Shown here in pieces: positions 1-9,309 of a DNA stretch of 64,000 nt (position 1 is the first letter of the stretch; each line of letters starts with the position of its first letter). The DNA comes from Candidatus Latescibacterota bacterium (GTDB lineage: Bacteria; Latescibacterota; UBA2968; GCA-2709665). The notes beneath the pieces are model-generated. The model searched no databases. It was not told the DNA's origin and saw nothing but the letters and a program-made list of their open reading frames with translations. Made by a program: the position numbers and the translations under genes. The DNA lies in assembly GCA_965198095.1 (NCBI GenBank), contig OZ240239.1:118641-182640 (forward strand). Reading direction: 5' to 3'.

Positions 1-1040
1 AGCTGACCGAGGAGCTCGGCGCCGTCCACGTTGCAGGTCGGGTTGTGGTTGAAATTGAAGATGTAGATGCCGTCCACGCCCTGGTGCCAGGCGTTGCAAG
101 CGGCACCGCGCAGGGCCTCCTTCGACGCGGGCACATACTGCGGACCGGGGCCGATTTGTTCAGACGGACAGGCGTAGACGTGACAGTCCTTGCCTCGGGC
201 CATCTCCACGAACCGGTCGAAGGGCGCGTCCGTGGCCGTATCCCAGTAGACGGAGGGCGAGATGCAGGTCACGGACCGCTGTTCGAGGACCGCCTCCAGG
301 TCCAAACCCATTTCGTGCGTGGCCTCCGGCGTCGCGGCCGTGCGGATCCCGAAACCGAGCGGCCGGCCCCTTTTTTCACCGATTCGGTCGAGCGCCGCGC
401 GGCAGTCGGCCAGGAATTCGGTCAGGATGGGACGGCCTGCTTCGATGTCGGTGAAGCTGACCATCGGCTCCCGCATCAGGTCCAGCTCGAATCCATCCAC
501 GTCATACCGGGTGCAGACCTCTTCCATCAGCCTGATCTTCCAGGCGCGGACCTCGGGCAACGCGTAATTCAGGCCCCGTGGCCCACCGGCCACGCCGTAT
601 CTGCCCTCGGTGCAGTCTTTCGGGATGTTGTATTCCGGGTGGCGCGTTCGCCATTCGGTCAGCCAGGCGAACCGCTCGCCGTGCCGGTCGTTGAAGCGGG
701 TCCCCGGCCAGAACTCCATCCCGGCGTCGTGCGCTGCCTGGACGGCCATCTCCCAGACATCCACGTCCAGGGACCAGAGGTGATGCAGGTTCTCCTGGAC
801 CCGATATTCCTGAAGATTGGTGTAGGTCGTGTTCCTGGGCGGCCTCGCCTCCGGGATCTCCGTCTTGTACCACGGCAGCGCGTCGCCAAGTCCGAACAGG
901 TTGCAGATCACCCGACCCACCTGCGTGCCGATCACCCGCCCGACGGCCTCGTAGACAAACTCATCCGGGCTCATCGGCGGCGCTGTTTGGAGCAGGAAGC
1001 TCCCGTCGTTGTTGTAGATCAGTCGCGGCGCTTCAGACAT
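1..1040 (-). CDS. TIM-barrel glycoside-hydrolase-like protein, subfamily B (N-terminal part; gene runs off the window start)
   Basis: Absent from the ORF track because it has no stop in the window. Reverse complement from ATG 1040-1038 reads MSEAPRLIYNNDGSFLLQTAPPMSPDEFVYEAVGRVIGTQV...YDVDGFELDLMREP...WHQGVDGIYIFNF with no stop down to nt 3. Collinear with the products of 17702-19255 and 19949-21517. Confidence 0.85.
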   Translation of the reverse strand, partial: MSEAPRLIYNNDGSFLLQTAPPMSPDEFVYEAVGRVIGTQVGRVICNLFGLGDALPWYKTEIPEARPPRNTTYTNLQEYRVQENLHHLWSLDVDVWEMAVQAAHDAGMEFWPGTRFNDRHGERFAWLTEWRTRHPEYNIPKDCTEGRYGVAGGPRGLNYALPEVRAWKIRLMEEVCTRYDVDGFELDLMREPMVSFTDIEAGRPILTEFLADCRAALDRIGEKRGRPLGFGIRTAATPEATHEMGLDLEAVLEQRSVTCISPSVYWDTATDAPFDRFVEMARGKDCHVYACPSEQIGPGPQYVPASKEALRGAACNAWHQGVDGIYIFNFNHNPTCNVDGAELLGQ

Positions 1041-1090
1041 CGAGGTTGCAGGCATCTTTCCTCCCGGGCTCTGTTCAGAACGCTGTCGGT

Positions 1091-1912
1091 CTATGCGCCT
1101 CCTGGACCGACCATGGTGTAAGGTGCAGCTTCGTGGATATAGGTGAATTCGATATCGAGAAAGGATCTGTCGAGGTGGTTGTAGAGCGATTCGATCGAGG
1201 CGCACTCACTCACCCCGTGGTTGACGTGGACGAGCCCCATACCCGTGTCGAGGGCATAGCCAGCCATCTCCCACCAGCAGAACTCTGTTGCTACGAAGGC
1301 GTCCGCGCCGTAGCGATCTCTGGCCTCCACCAGACACTCCGGATTGCTGCCCCAGGCGCCGACGTTCGTCGCCAGGCGTTGCACAGGCATATCCGTGCTG
1401 CCCACGACGGCCACGTACTGCTGGCCTAAATCAGCGGTCTTCTCAGCGATCAGAATGCCGATCTCCCCAAGCGTCGTTCCTGCTGCCATCCGGCAGAGGG
1501 CAAAAATCGTTCCCGCCTCGTAGCGTTCGACCGTGTAGTCCGTCAGCCCAAGCGACTTCGGCCACCACTCGCATACGCCCAGCTCTGGATACCGGTCCCA
1601 GAGGTCGTGACACCTGATCGCCGTGATGCCGAGTTCATCCAGGAGCTCACGCTTGGCGTCAGAGCGTGTCCGGTCGAACGATTCCTCGTCGCGATCCTTC
1701 CTCTGCCAGATGATCGGCTCGTGAACGATCACGAGCTGACACTCTTGTTCAGCGGCTTTTCGGATCGCGCGCGTCGTGCCCATCCAGGTCACCGCCGCTT
1801 TCATCACCTCCCGATCGGCAGGCCCGTGTGTGATCCGATCGACCGTGGACTCCGGATCGACCCATCCCTTGCCCATCGCGTGGAGCTGTTGCAGAATCTC
1901 TTTCGCTGTCAA
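1091..1912 (-). CDS. NIF3-family (DUF34 / YbgI-like) dinuclear-metal protein
   Basis: 273 aa. N-terminal VIVHEP and C-terminal DAFVATE...VNHGVSE match the NIF3 metal-ligand pattern (HHP ... TGE ... GHxxSE). Confidence 0.7.
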   Translation of the reverse strand: MTAKEILQQLHAMGKGWVDPESTVDRITHGPADREVMKAAVTWMGTTRAIRKAAEQECQLVIVHEPIIWQRKDRDEESFDRTRSDAKRELLDELGITAIRCHDLWDRYPELGVCEWWPKSLGLTDYTVERYEAGTIFALCRMAAGTTLGEIGILIAEKTADLGQQYVAVVGSTDMPVQRLATNVGAWGSNPECLVEARDRYGADAFVATEFCWWEMAGYALDTGMGLVHVNHGVSECASIESLYNHLDRSFLDIEFTYIHEAAPYTMVGPGGA

Positions 1913-1954
1913 GGCAGAATCCTCGCCAAATGTTGTTGGACCAGCGTGGGACGC

Positions 1955-2947
1955 TCAAACCCAGACCGTTTCAAACAGTCGCATCAGATTCCCTCCCATG
2001 ATCTTCTTCGCGTCGGATTCCGAGTAACCCCTCTTCAGAATGGCACGCGTGACATTGGGAAATTCCGCCGATGACCGAATGCCCTCGGGATTGACGATCG
2101 GAAAATCTACCTTTGCGATCGGACCTTTCCGGCTTTTGCCGATCAGGAGCCAGTCGAAGAACGATTCGGGCCGGCCTTCCGTGAAATCGGTCCCGATCGA
2201 CACGTGATCGATCCCCACGACCTTCACCAGGTAACCGATCACATCCACGAAATCCTCGAGGGTAGACTTGGACCCCGCCGCCAGGAACGGGGGAAAGATG
2301 TTGGCCCCGACGAGTCCCCCCTTCTTGACCAGGGCGAGGAGCTGTTCATCCGTCTTGTTGCGGGGATGATCACACAGAGCGCGCGGATTGGCGTGGGTGA
2401 ACGCGACCGGTTGGGACGATGCCTCAATCGCCTCCATCGTCGTCTGATAACCGACGTGAGAGAGATCGATCAGCAGACCGAGCCGGTTCATCTCTTCGAT
2501 CACCTCCAGACCGAATCGGCTCAGTCCCACATCGGTCCGCTCCAGACACCCGTCCCCCACGTAGTTTCGCTCCATATACGTAAGCTGAATCACGCGCACG
2601 CCGAGCGTCTTGAACGTGGAGAGCAGACGCGAGTCGTGTTCGATCGGCGCGGTATCCTGAAAGCCGAAGATGATACCGACCTTTCCCGCCGACTTGGCCG
2701 CTCTGATGTCGTCCGTGGTCCTCACCGGCATGATCAGGGAGCCGTGGGCCTCGAACATCTCGTTCCATCTCTCGATCTTCTCCACGGTCTCCTGGAAATT
2801 TTCGTGCACCGCGACCGTCGCGTTGATCGCCGTCAGCCCTCCCTGGACGAGAGAACGGAATACCGGTTCACCCCATCGGCTGACCTGCAATCCGTCGATG
2901 ATAATCGAGGCCTCGTGCAAACCCGATGCCCGATCTTCCGCCATCAC
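1955..2947 (-). CDS. Membrane (renal-type) dipeptidase, peptidase family M19
   Basis: 330 aa with IIDG...LIDLSHVG...FTHANPRAL.DHPRNKTDEQL...GGLVG...SIGTDFTEG...IMGGNLMRLF, the typical M19 strand-end motifs. The first His-x-Asp is replaced by DGLQ. Confidence 0.8.
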   Translation of the reverse strand: MMAEDRASGLHEASIIIDGLQVSRWGEPVFRSLVQGGLTAINATVAVHENFQETVEKIERWNEMFEAHGSLIMPVRTTDDIRAAKSAGKVGIIFGFQDTAPIEHDSRLLSTFKTLGVRVIQLTYMERNYVGDGCLERTDVGLSRFGLEVIEEMNRLGLLIDLSHVGYQTTMEAIEASSQPVAFTHANPRALCDHPRNKTDEQLLALVKKGGLVGANIFPPFLAAGSKSTLEDFVDVIGYLVKVVGIDHVSIGTDFTEGRPESFFDWLLIGKSRKGPIAKVDFPIVNPEGIRSSAEFPNVTRAILKRGYSESDAKKIMGGNLMRLFETVWV

Positions 2948-2969
2948 GCCCCACCTTCGGTGACGTCAG

Positions 2970-4091
2970 CTACTTTCGGACGGACACGCTTTCAAGCTTT
3001 GCTTTGTCCAGCTCGACCCCGATGCCTGGCCCTTCGGCCGGCACACTCGCAAATCCATCCCTGACACGCAGAGGCTCACGGGTGATGTCTGCGGCGAGCC
3101 ATCCGTCCGAGCCAAGCGGAAAATCGCCGCCAATCACATTCCAGGTTGCGGCGTAGAAGTGAGCGGCCGTCGCGGCACCCACGCTCGTGGAAGGCTGTCC
3201 TCCAGCATACAGAGGAATGCCTGCCGCATCCGCGATGGCGGCGATCTTTCGAGCCGTGTAGATACCGCCAATCTTCGCCAACTTGATGTCGATGATGGAT
3301 GCCGACTTCTGCTTTACCAGGTCCGTCACCGCGTGGATCGAATTCGCACTCTCGTCTGCCATAATCGGCACCGAGAGCGCCTCTGAGAGACGGGCCATAC
3401 CGTCCAGATCCCAGATGGCCAAGGGTTGCTCCACGAACTCCAGGCCGTAAGGCTCGACCATACGCTTCAGCCTCGAAAGGGCCTCGCTGTATCGCATTCC
3501 TGCGTTTCCATCCACGCGAAACGCGACATCGGGACCCAGGGCCTCTCTCACGGCTGCCGTGTTTCGGACATCGGTCTCCGCATCGGGCGCCCCGATCTTG
3601 CACTTCAGAAGGAAATAGCCTCGATCGGCCTGTCGTTTGGCTTCATCCGCCATCTCGCTTGCCGGTTTCATCCCGATCGACCAGACACAGGAAATCTTGT
3701 CCCGGAAGCACCCCCCAAGCAGGTTGTAGAGCGGCACGTCGAGTGCTCGGGCAGCCAGGTCGTAGACGGCGTCGCTCACCGAGGTCCGGGCGTAGCTGCC
3801 CCCGTTCACCGCTCGCTCCATGTCCTGGTTCAGCTTTTCGATGTCGAAAGGGCTGCGCCCCAGGATCAGCGGCGTGTAAACGTTGCGGATCAGCGACAGG
3901 ATCGTGTCCTGCGTCTCACCGCAGCCCTGAAAGCACGGGATCGGCTGTGTCTCTCCAAGCCCGATCGTTCCGTCATCCGCCGTGACGCGCACGAGGACGT
4001 TCTCCTGCACCTCCAGCGTCCCCGTGGCGATCACCACAGGGATCTTGTAGGGGATGTCGATCGCAATCGCTTCGATCTTCGCGATCTTCAT
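2970..4091 (-). CDS. Enolase-superfamily enzyme, muconate-lactonizing subgroup (dipeptide epimerase or cycloisomerase-like)
   Basis: 373 aa with KCKIG (KxK), FRVDGN, FVEQP, IMADES and IDIKLAKIGG, the MLE-subgroup ligand and base pattern. Lies directly upstream of the M19 dipeptidase. Confidence 0.8.
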   Translation of the reverse strand: MKIAKIEAIAIDIPYKIPVVIATGTLEVQENVLVRVTADDGTIGLGETQPIPCFQGCGETQDTILSLIRNVYTPLILGRSPFDIEKLNQDMERAVNGGSYARTSVSDAVYDLAARALDVPLYNLLGGCFRDKISCVWSIGMKPASEMADEAKRQADRGYFLLKCKIGAPDAETDVRNTAAVREALGPDVAFRVDGNAGMRYSEALSRLKRMVEPYGLEFVEQPLAIWDLDGMARLSEALSVPIMADESANSIHAVTDLVKQKSASIIDIKLAKIGGIYTARKIAAIADAAGIPLYAGGQPSTSVGAATAAHFYAATWNVIGGDFPLGSDGWLAADITREPLRVRDGFASVPAEGPGIGVELDKAKLESVSVRK

Positions 4092-4158
4092 CTCGCCATC
4101 ACCATAGGACTCAAGCAGTTGATTGCGCGAAACTCCGTCGCGAGAATGACCGTTTTAC

Positions 4159-4187
4159 GGTACCCGTGTTTTGGTTGCCCGGTACCC
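4159..4187. repeat. GGTACC-box copy 1 (GGTACCCGTGTTTTGGTTGCCCGGTACCC)
   Basis: Two GGTACC palindromes 22 nt apart. Ends 5 nt after the stop of the 4193-5146 gene and 68 nt before the start of 2970-4091. Confidence 0.8.
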
Positions 4188-4192
4188 ATCGT

Positions 4193-5146
4193 TCAAAATC
4201 CGGCGCCCTTGTCACAGACGTAGAGAAACGGCTCTCCGGCCAGATACCTTCTCAGATTCTCTTTCAACCCATCGGCCCGTCCTCTCCACAGCCGGTCTGA
4301 CACCGAAGAGACGTGCGCCGTGAGGAGCACGTTCTCCATGTCCCAGAGCGGGTTGTCCGGAGGAAGGGGTTCTTGCGCCGTCACATCCAGCCCCGCGCCT
4401 CGAATCCGACCTGAACGCAGCCCGTCGATCAGCGCGGGCTCGTCCACAATGCCTCCACGGGAAATCACGATGACGTATCCGCCCGCCTTCAGCTTCCCCA
4501 GCTTCTCCCGATCGATCAAACCGCGCGTCTCCGGCGTCAACGGGGCCGTGACGACAAACCAGTCGGAAATCTGAAGCAGATCGTCCAGCCGATCCAGGCC
4601 CCACACCGCCTTGACCTCGGCCGGAGGATCGAACGGCCGGACGTCGACGGCAACCACCTCCATCCCGAATCCGTGTGCGCGGCGAGCCACGGCCCTCCCG
4701 ATGTCTCCCAGGGCCAGGATGCCCATGGTCGCCTCGTTCAACTCCACGAACCGGTTGTCGTAGTGCCGCCAGTCCCAGCGGTGCGCCGCCTGATCGGCCC
4801 AGAGGTCGCGTCCGCGGTGGGCAAGCGTCAGCATGAACAGGAAGACGTGATCGGCCATCGGGTTGGCGTGCGGACCCCGGACGTTCGTGAGCACGACGTC
4901 GCTCTCGACCAGTTCCGGGATGGCGGTCACCCGATCCACCCCGGTCCCCAGGATCTGAACCCACTTCAGTTTTTCGGCCGCCAGGAAAGATTCCCGTGAA
5001 AGCTCTCCAAACAAGGCGTCCGCATCCCGAACCTGCTCGATCTCCTCTTCAGGTGTGGCCGCAGGCACAAAATCGATCTCCGGAAACTCCTCGCGAAGCT
5101 CGCCCAGAAACTTGTCCCGCACGTGGCCGGTGACGACAATCTTCAT
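4193..5146 (-). CDS. D-isomer-specific 2-hydroxyacid dehydrogenase family (NAD-binding)
   Basis: Track ORF 4193-5212 trimmed to MKIVVTGHV at 5146, which has GGGAGGAG 7 nt upstream and lies 1 nt after the upstream stop. Motifs GILALGDIGRAVARRA, ISRGGIVDE and HVSS. Confidence 0.85.
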   Translation of the reverse strand: MKIVVTGHVRDKFLGELREEFPEIDFVPAATPEEEIEQVRDADALFGELSRESFLAAEKLKWVQILGTGVDRVTAIPELVESDVVLTNVRGPHANPMADHVFLFMLTLAHRGRDLWADQAAHRWDWRHYDNRFVELNEATMGILALGDIGRAVARRAHGFGMEVVAVDVRPFDPPAEVKAVWGLDRLDDLLQISDWFVVTAPLTPETRGLIDREKLGKLKAGGYVIVISRGGIVDEPALIDGLRSGRIRGAGLDVTAQEPLPPDNPLWDMENVLLTAHVSSVSDRLWRGRADGLKENLRRYLAGEPFLYVCDKGAGF

Positions 5147-5147
5147 C

Positions 5148-6458
5148 TCACGCTCCTCCCTGTTCGTTGTCCGACGTGAACCTGACCTGCCTGAATCGAT
5201 TCGCCAGGTCACGCACCCTTCTTCTGACCTGCTCAGGATCCTCCTCTTTTAGAGCATCCACGATACAGTCCGCGACCTCGGGCACGTCCGCCGCCGTCAT
5301 CCCGGTCCGCGTGAGCTCCTGGACACCCATGCGTATGCCATGGCTTCCGACCTCCCGAGGAATCGCCATCGCCCCCGCGATGATGTTGCACGCCTCAAGC
5401 CTGTCCGCGACCGCCTTGCCCTCGCCGAACGCATCCACGACCAGAAGCAACGTGTGCGTCTCCGTGTAACCCAACGCTTCTCCGATGAGGGGAACCCCGC
5501 GTTCGTGCAGCGCGGCACCCAGCGCCTTCGCATTGCCGATGACCGCGCTCGCGTGCGCTTCGCCGAACTCGATCCACTCCAGGAAGGTGGCTGCGAGGGC
5601 CGGGATGCGTCCGAGATGGTGATTGCTCTCCAGGAGCGGCGCAATCGCAGGGCCGATCTGCTCCGCCAGCGACTCGTCATTCGTCAGGACCAGACCCCCC
5701 TGAGGGCCGGCCAGCGTCTTGTGGGTACTGGAGATCACCACGTCGGCCCCCTCCTCCAGCGGGGATGGGAACCGCTTTCCGGCAATCAGGCCGATGACGT
5801 GGGCCGCGTCGAAGATCAGGCAGGCATCCGGAACATACCGGTCCATGGCCTCTCTGATCGCCCTCACCGGCTGCCGAAACAGGAAGACCCCCGACCCGAT
5901 CGTCACCAGCCTGGGTCTCTCCCTTTCGATGAGCGAGACCGTCTTTTCGAGATCGATGTTGTATCGCGGCCCGTCCCACGGAATCGAGATCGACTTGAGG
6001 TCGATCTCGAGCGGCGTCTCGGACAGCTTCTTGGCGTATTCGTGTCCGTTGAACACCTCCAGGGCCGTGTCCCCGGGTCTGGCGAGTGCGAAGGTCGTTG
6101 CAATACCGGCCAGGTTTCCCGACAGGGGACGCAGGTCGACGTAGGCCGCTCCGAAAAGCTCCTTCGCCAGCTCGTGCGCCAGCGCCTCGATCTCCGCGAT
6201 GTACCGATTTCCCTGGTAATGCCGGTGAAACAGGTCGATGCCGATGTAGTTGCCATACCGGTGATTCAGCTCGTGAGCGAACAGCCGATCCACGAGCGCG
6301 CTCGGGTGATTCTCGGAGGCGATGAGATTCAGGCTGTTCTCCCTGAATTCGCTGTGTCGATCGATCAGGGCATCAATCTGTTGGACTCTCGATTCGAAGT
6401 TCACGTCTCTCCTCGCTGGTAAAAATGTCCTGGTTGTCTTCTGGCCTGAATCATTCAT
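5148..6458 (-). CDS. Serine hydroxymethyltransferase-fold PLP enzyme (divergent SHMT-like)
   Basis: 436 aa with NLIASENHPS, RYGNY..., SSTHKTLAGPQGGLVLT (PLP lysine motif) and HHLGRIPALA. Diverges from canonical GlyA in the folate and substrate loops. Confidence 0.7.
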   Translation of the reverse strand: MNDSGQKTTRTFLPARRDVNFESRVQQIDALIDRHSEFRENSLNLIASENHPSALVDRLFAHELNHRYGNYIGIDLFHRHYQGNRYIAEIEALAHELAKELFGAAYVDLRPLSGNLAGIATTFALARPGDTALEVFNGHEYAKKLSETPLEIDLKSISIPWDGPRYNIDLEKTVSLIERERPRLVTIGSGVFLFRQPVRAIREAMDRYVPDACLIFDAAHVIGLIAGKRFPSPLEEGADVVISSTHKTLAGPQGGLVLTNDESLAEQIGPAIAPLLESNHHLGRIPALAATFLEWIEFGEAHASAVIGNAKALGAALHERGVPLIGEALGYTETHTLLLVVDAFGEGKAVADRLEACNIIAGAMAIPREVGSHGIRMGVQELTRTGMTAADVPEVADCIVDALKEEDPEQVRRRVRDLANRFRQVRFTSDNEQGGA

Positions 6459-6552
6459 GAATTGTCACGGATAGCTGCTTTATTCGCGAATCAATCAACT
6501 CCACCTCGGCACAATGGCTTGTCGAGCGGTTGAGGAAGCGTGTGTGAAGGTG

Positions 6553-6574
6553 GGGCAGACATTCCTGTCTGCCC
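6553..6574. repeat. Perfect 9-bp hairpin GGGCAGACA-TTCC-TGTCTGCCC with an outer GTGAAGG/CCTTCAC extension
   Basis: Read directly. Lies in the 238-nt spacer between the AKR stop (6697) and the SHMT-like start (6458). No U-tract follows on either strand. Confidence 0.5.
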
Positions 6575-6696
6575 TTCACATTGTCCTTCTGCCGGAATGC
6601 ACACAGAAGAAAGGCTTGCGCCGCCCTTATAGAGCCAATACTCGTCGTCGGACGAGAGTTGTATCGAGGGGTCGGTTTTCGCAATGTGCCTCGGAT

Positions 6697-7680
6697 CTAT
6701 CCAATCCAGCCCGGTGTCGTGATCGTATCTGCGATCTCGAAGACACGCTTCAGTTCCTCATCGGAGAGTGACGCCACATCACATACCGCCACGTTCTCCT
6801 CGATCTGTCCGCGGGTCTTCGCACCCGCGATCACGCACGACACCCCCGGGTGGTCCAGAACGAACCGGAGCGCCGCCTGCGCCATCGTCCGACCCGGACG
6901 GGCGATAAAGTCGAGTTGAGGAAGCTTCTTCAGCGCGTCGACCGATTCCGGCCGGTTGAATCGCTCGAACCGCACGTCTTCTTTCGTGAGGGTCTTGGCG
7001 TCCGGGCCGTGGTAGTTTCCGCTCAGCCACCCCTTGGCAAGGGGGACTCGAATCAGCGTCCCGATCTCCTGCGCCTTTGCCCAGTGGAGCAGCGCATCGG
7101 CATCCCGCTCGATCAGGTTATAGCCAATCTGCAGGACGTCGATCGGCCCCAAAGCCCGCAGCTTGTCAATGGCCTCCCGATCGTTGATCGAAATCCCGTA
7201 CCATCTCACCTTCCCCTCCCGCTTGAGCGCCTCCAGCGTCTCCATCACCGCCGGCATGGCCCATTCGTGAGGCACGGCGTGGAGCTGATACAGGTCGATC
7301 CAATCTGTTTTCAACCGCTCCAGGCTGCCTTCACACGCCTCACGGATCCGCCTTCGGACCGACGCTTCGTCCACCTGCCCCTCTTCGATCCCCTGATTGG
7401 GCGCAACCTTCGTGGCGATGATCCATTTCTCCCTTCGGCCCTTCAGGGCCCTTCCGGCCAGGACCTCGCTGTGTCCGCCTCCGTAGCCTTCCGCCGAATC
7501 GATCAGGTTCACGCCCAGCTCCTCGGCCCGGTGAAGAAGCGCGATCGACTCCTCGTCATTCGTTCCCGTCCACCCGTAGAACGATCCATCCTCCCGCTTG
7601 CGCAGTCCCGCGATCGGGAAGGCCCCGAGGCCGATCTCCGACACCTGCAGTCCGGTCTTTCCGAATGTCCGATATTTCAT
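6697..7680 (-). CDS. Aldo/keto reductase
   Basis: MKYRTFGKTGLQVSEIGLGA...DSAEGYGGGHSE...YQLH are typical AKR motifs. Start chosen at the canonical MxYR; the track start at 7701 is also possible. Confidence 0.85.
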   Translation of the reverse strand: MKYRTFGKTGLQVSEIGLGAFPIAGLRKREDGSFYGWTGTNDEESIALLHRAEELGVNLIDSAEGYGGGHSEVLAGRALKGRREKWIIATKVAPNQGIEEGQVDEASVRRRIREACEGSLERLKTDWIDLYQLHAVPHEWAMPAVMETLEALKREGKVRWYGISINDREAIDKLRALGPIDVLQIGYNLIERDADALLHWAKAQEIGTLIRVPLAKGWLSGNYHGPDAKTLTKEDVRFERFNRPESVDALKKLPQLDFIARPGRTMAQAALRFVLDHPGVSCVIAGAKTRGQIEENVAVCDVASLSDEELKRVFEIADTITTPGWIG

Positions 7681-7704
7681 ACGCCAGCACTTCGATGACA
7701 TCGG

Positions 7705-9288
7705 TTATCCGCGATTGTCCTCACCTGAACAAGAGATACGCACGTGCACGTTCTTCACGACGATACCCCTGTTGGAAGGGTCCCGGTTGATCATCCTGAT
7801 CCTGTTCGACCCCTTCAGAATCTGCTCCGGCTCGACGCTGAAGCTGACCCATTCGCCATTCAGCGAGCCGCCCGAAACATCGCGGTCGTTCAGCCTCACC
7901 TCCACGCCCTCCGCAACGCTCAGTCCGTCGGCCTGAATGCTGAGCGTCACATCAGGTCTTTGACCCCGCCGATCGCCCGACGGATCCTCGCCGATCGTCA
8001 TGGTCACCGTGAAAGGCCGTGTGGGCTCGAGCTTCGCGGGACATTCCGGGTCCAGCACGGTGGGCAGCTCACAAAAACGAAGGAGATCTCGAATCTCTCG
8101 CCCCAGGAGAAACCGAAAATGCCCGTCCGAGAAATAGTCCTTGTCGAGCCGTGACAGGAAATCGGGGTCCCCCATCTCTCGCCACCCCGAGCTTTCGGGA
8201 TCGTCCGGCTGGCGTCTCTGTCCTCTCATTCCCGGTCGATTGGGGACGAGGTCGAAGTAGTTGAAGGTATAGACCCCGTCGGCGCCCGAGTGCCAGACAT
8301 TCATAGCGCGAGCGCGGAAATTTCTCATCGGAAGGCCGTCCTGAACGTCGGCCGGTCCCTCACGCCGTTTGGACCCGGACCAGCTCAGGCAGGGATAAAC
8401 CGTCACGCCGTGGCTGCGGCCCAGCGCCACCCACGCATCCCAGGGCGCCAACTCCCACTCGCCCGGAATCAGCAGGTCCACGAGCCCCTGTTCCAGCCAC
8501 GCCCTCACGTCCAGGCCGATCGCCTCGCAGCACGAAACCGAAGCGGGAATCCGCACCGCGACGAGGATCGGGCGCCTCCGCTCCAGGCCGATCCGTTCCG
8601 TCATGTCCCGAACCCGGCGAAGCAGGTCGGTCATCACATCCCGCTCCGCCTGCGTGCAGTCCTTCCCGTTCGCGTTGCACCTGAAGTGAGGCGGGTGGCG
8701 CATCCAGTCCATCTCGATCCCGTCCACGTCGTACCGCTTGCAGACATCCTCCTGCATCCCGAACGCTTTCTCCCGGACCTCCGCCTCGTCGTAGGCCGCC
8801 CCGGACCAGAATCCGAAGGCAGGAGGATCCTCGAGAGACCCGAACAGGAGCTGAGGGTTGTCCCCCTTGAACTGAGACCCCAGCATGTGCCACAGCGGGT
8901 AGGCGTCGTGGATGTCGTTCATCCGCATCGACCAGAAGACCTCGATCCCGTTCGCCCTGCAGAAGTCGACCATGATCTCCAGCGGGTCCAGACCGGCCTC
9001 GTGAAACGCCTTCGTCCGGTTCGCCTCGAACACGCCCTCTCTGGAAACGAACGGCTCGGAGACGTCGCTCATATGGGTCGCCATCCCCAGGCCGGCGCTC
9101 GTGCAGTAGAAGATCGAATCCACGTGCGTGCCGAGGAGGGGCGTCGTTCGGTCGGCCAGGAGCGCCTCGCGACTGATATCCTTGTCGCCAAGCCTATACA
9201 TAATAGTATTGCCGTCGTTATTGAAGATCACGCGCCGCCTGCGATGGGTGGCCTGCTCACGTCTCCTTCTGAGTTCGTCGAGTTGCAC
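7705..9288 (-). CDS. TIM-barrel glycoside-hydrolase-like protein, subfamily A
   Basis: 527 aa with a GTG start. VIFNNDGN...GIEVFWSMRMNDIHD...YDVDGIEMDWMRHPPHF...W.SGADGVYTFNYF. Tandem paralog of 9310-10821. No signal peptide. Family assignment is by pattern only. Confidence 0.8.
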   Translation of the reverse strand: MQLDELRRRREQATHRRRRVIFNNDGNTIMYRLGDKDISREALLADRTTPLLGTHVDSIFYCTSAGLGMATHMSDVSEPFVSREGVFEANRTKAFHEAGLDPLEIMVDFCRANGIEVFWSMRMNDIHDAYPLWHMLGSQFKGDNPQLLFGSLEDPPAFGFWSGAAYDEAEVREKAFGMQEDVCKRYDVDGIEMDWMRHPPHFRCNANGKDCTQAERDVMTDLLRRVRDMTERIGLERRRPILVAVRIPASVSCCEAIGLDVRAWLEQGLVDLLIPGEWELAPWDAWVALGRSHGVTVYPCLSWSGSKRREGPADVQDGLPMRNFRARAMNVWHSGADGVYTFNYFDLVPNRPGMRGQRRQPDDPESSGWREMGDPDFLSRLDKDYFSDGHFRFLLGREIRDLLRFCELPTVLDPECPAKLEPTRPFTVTMTIGEDPSGDRRGQRPDVTLSIQADGLSVAEGVEVRLNDRDVSGGSLNGEWVSFSVEPEQILKGSNRIRMINRDPSNRGIVVKNVHVRISCSGEDNRG

Positions 9289-9309
9289 GTCCCGAATCTC
9301 CGTGAAGGA

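Noticed and set aside
4193-5212. N-terminal extensions of track ORFs: 4193-5212, 9310-10887, 11039-13087, 25929-28334, 31981-33414, 34419-35216, 35358-36335, 50783-51622 and 51668-53323.
   Set aside because: The extensions overlap upstream genes or repeats, lack an RBS, and precede internal starts that have strong AGGAGG-type sites. Those internal starts match paralog N-termini or begin a signal peptide or lipobox.
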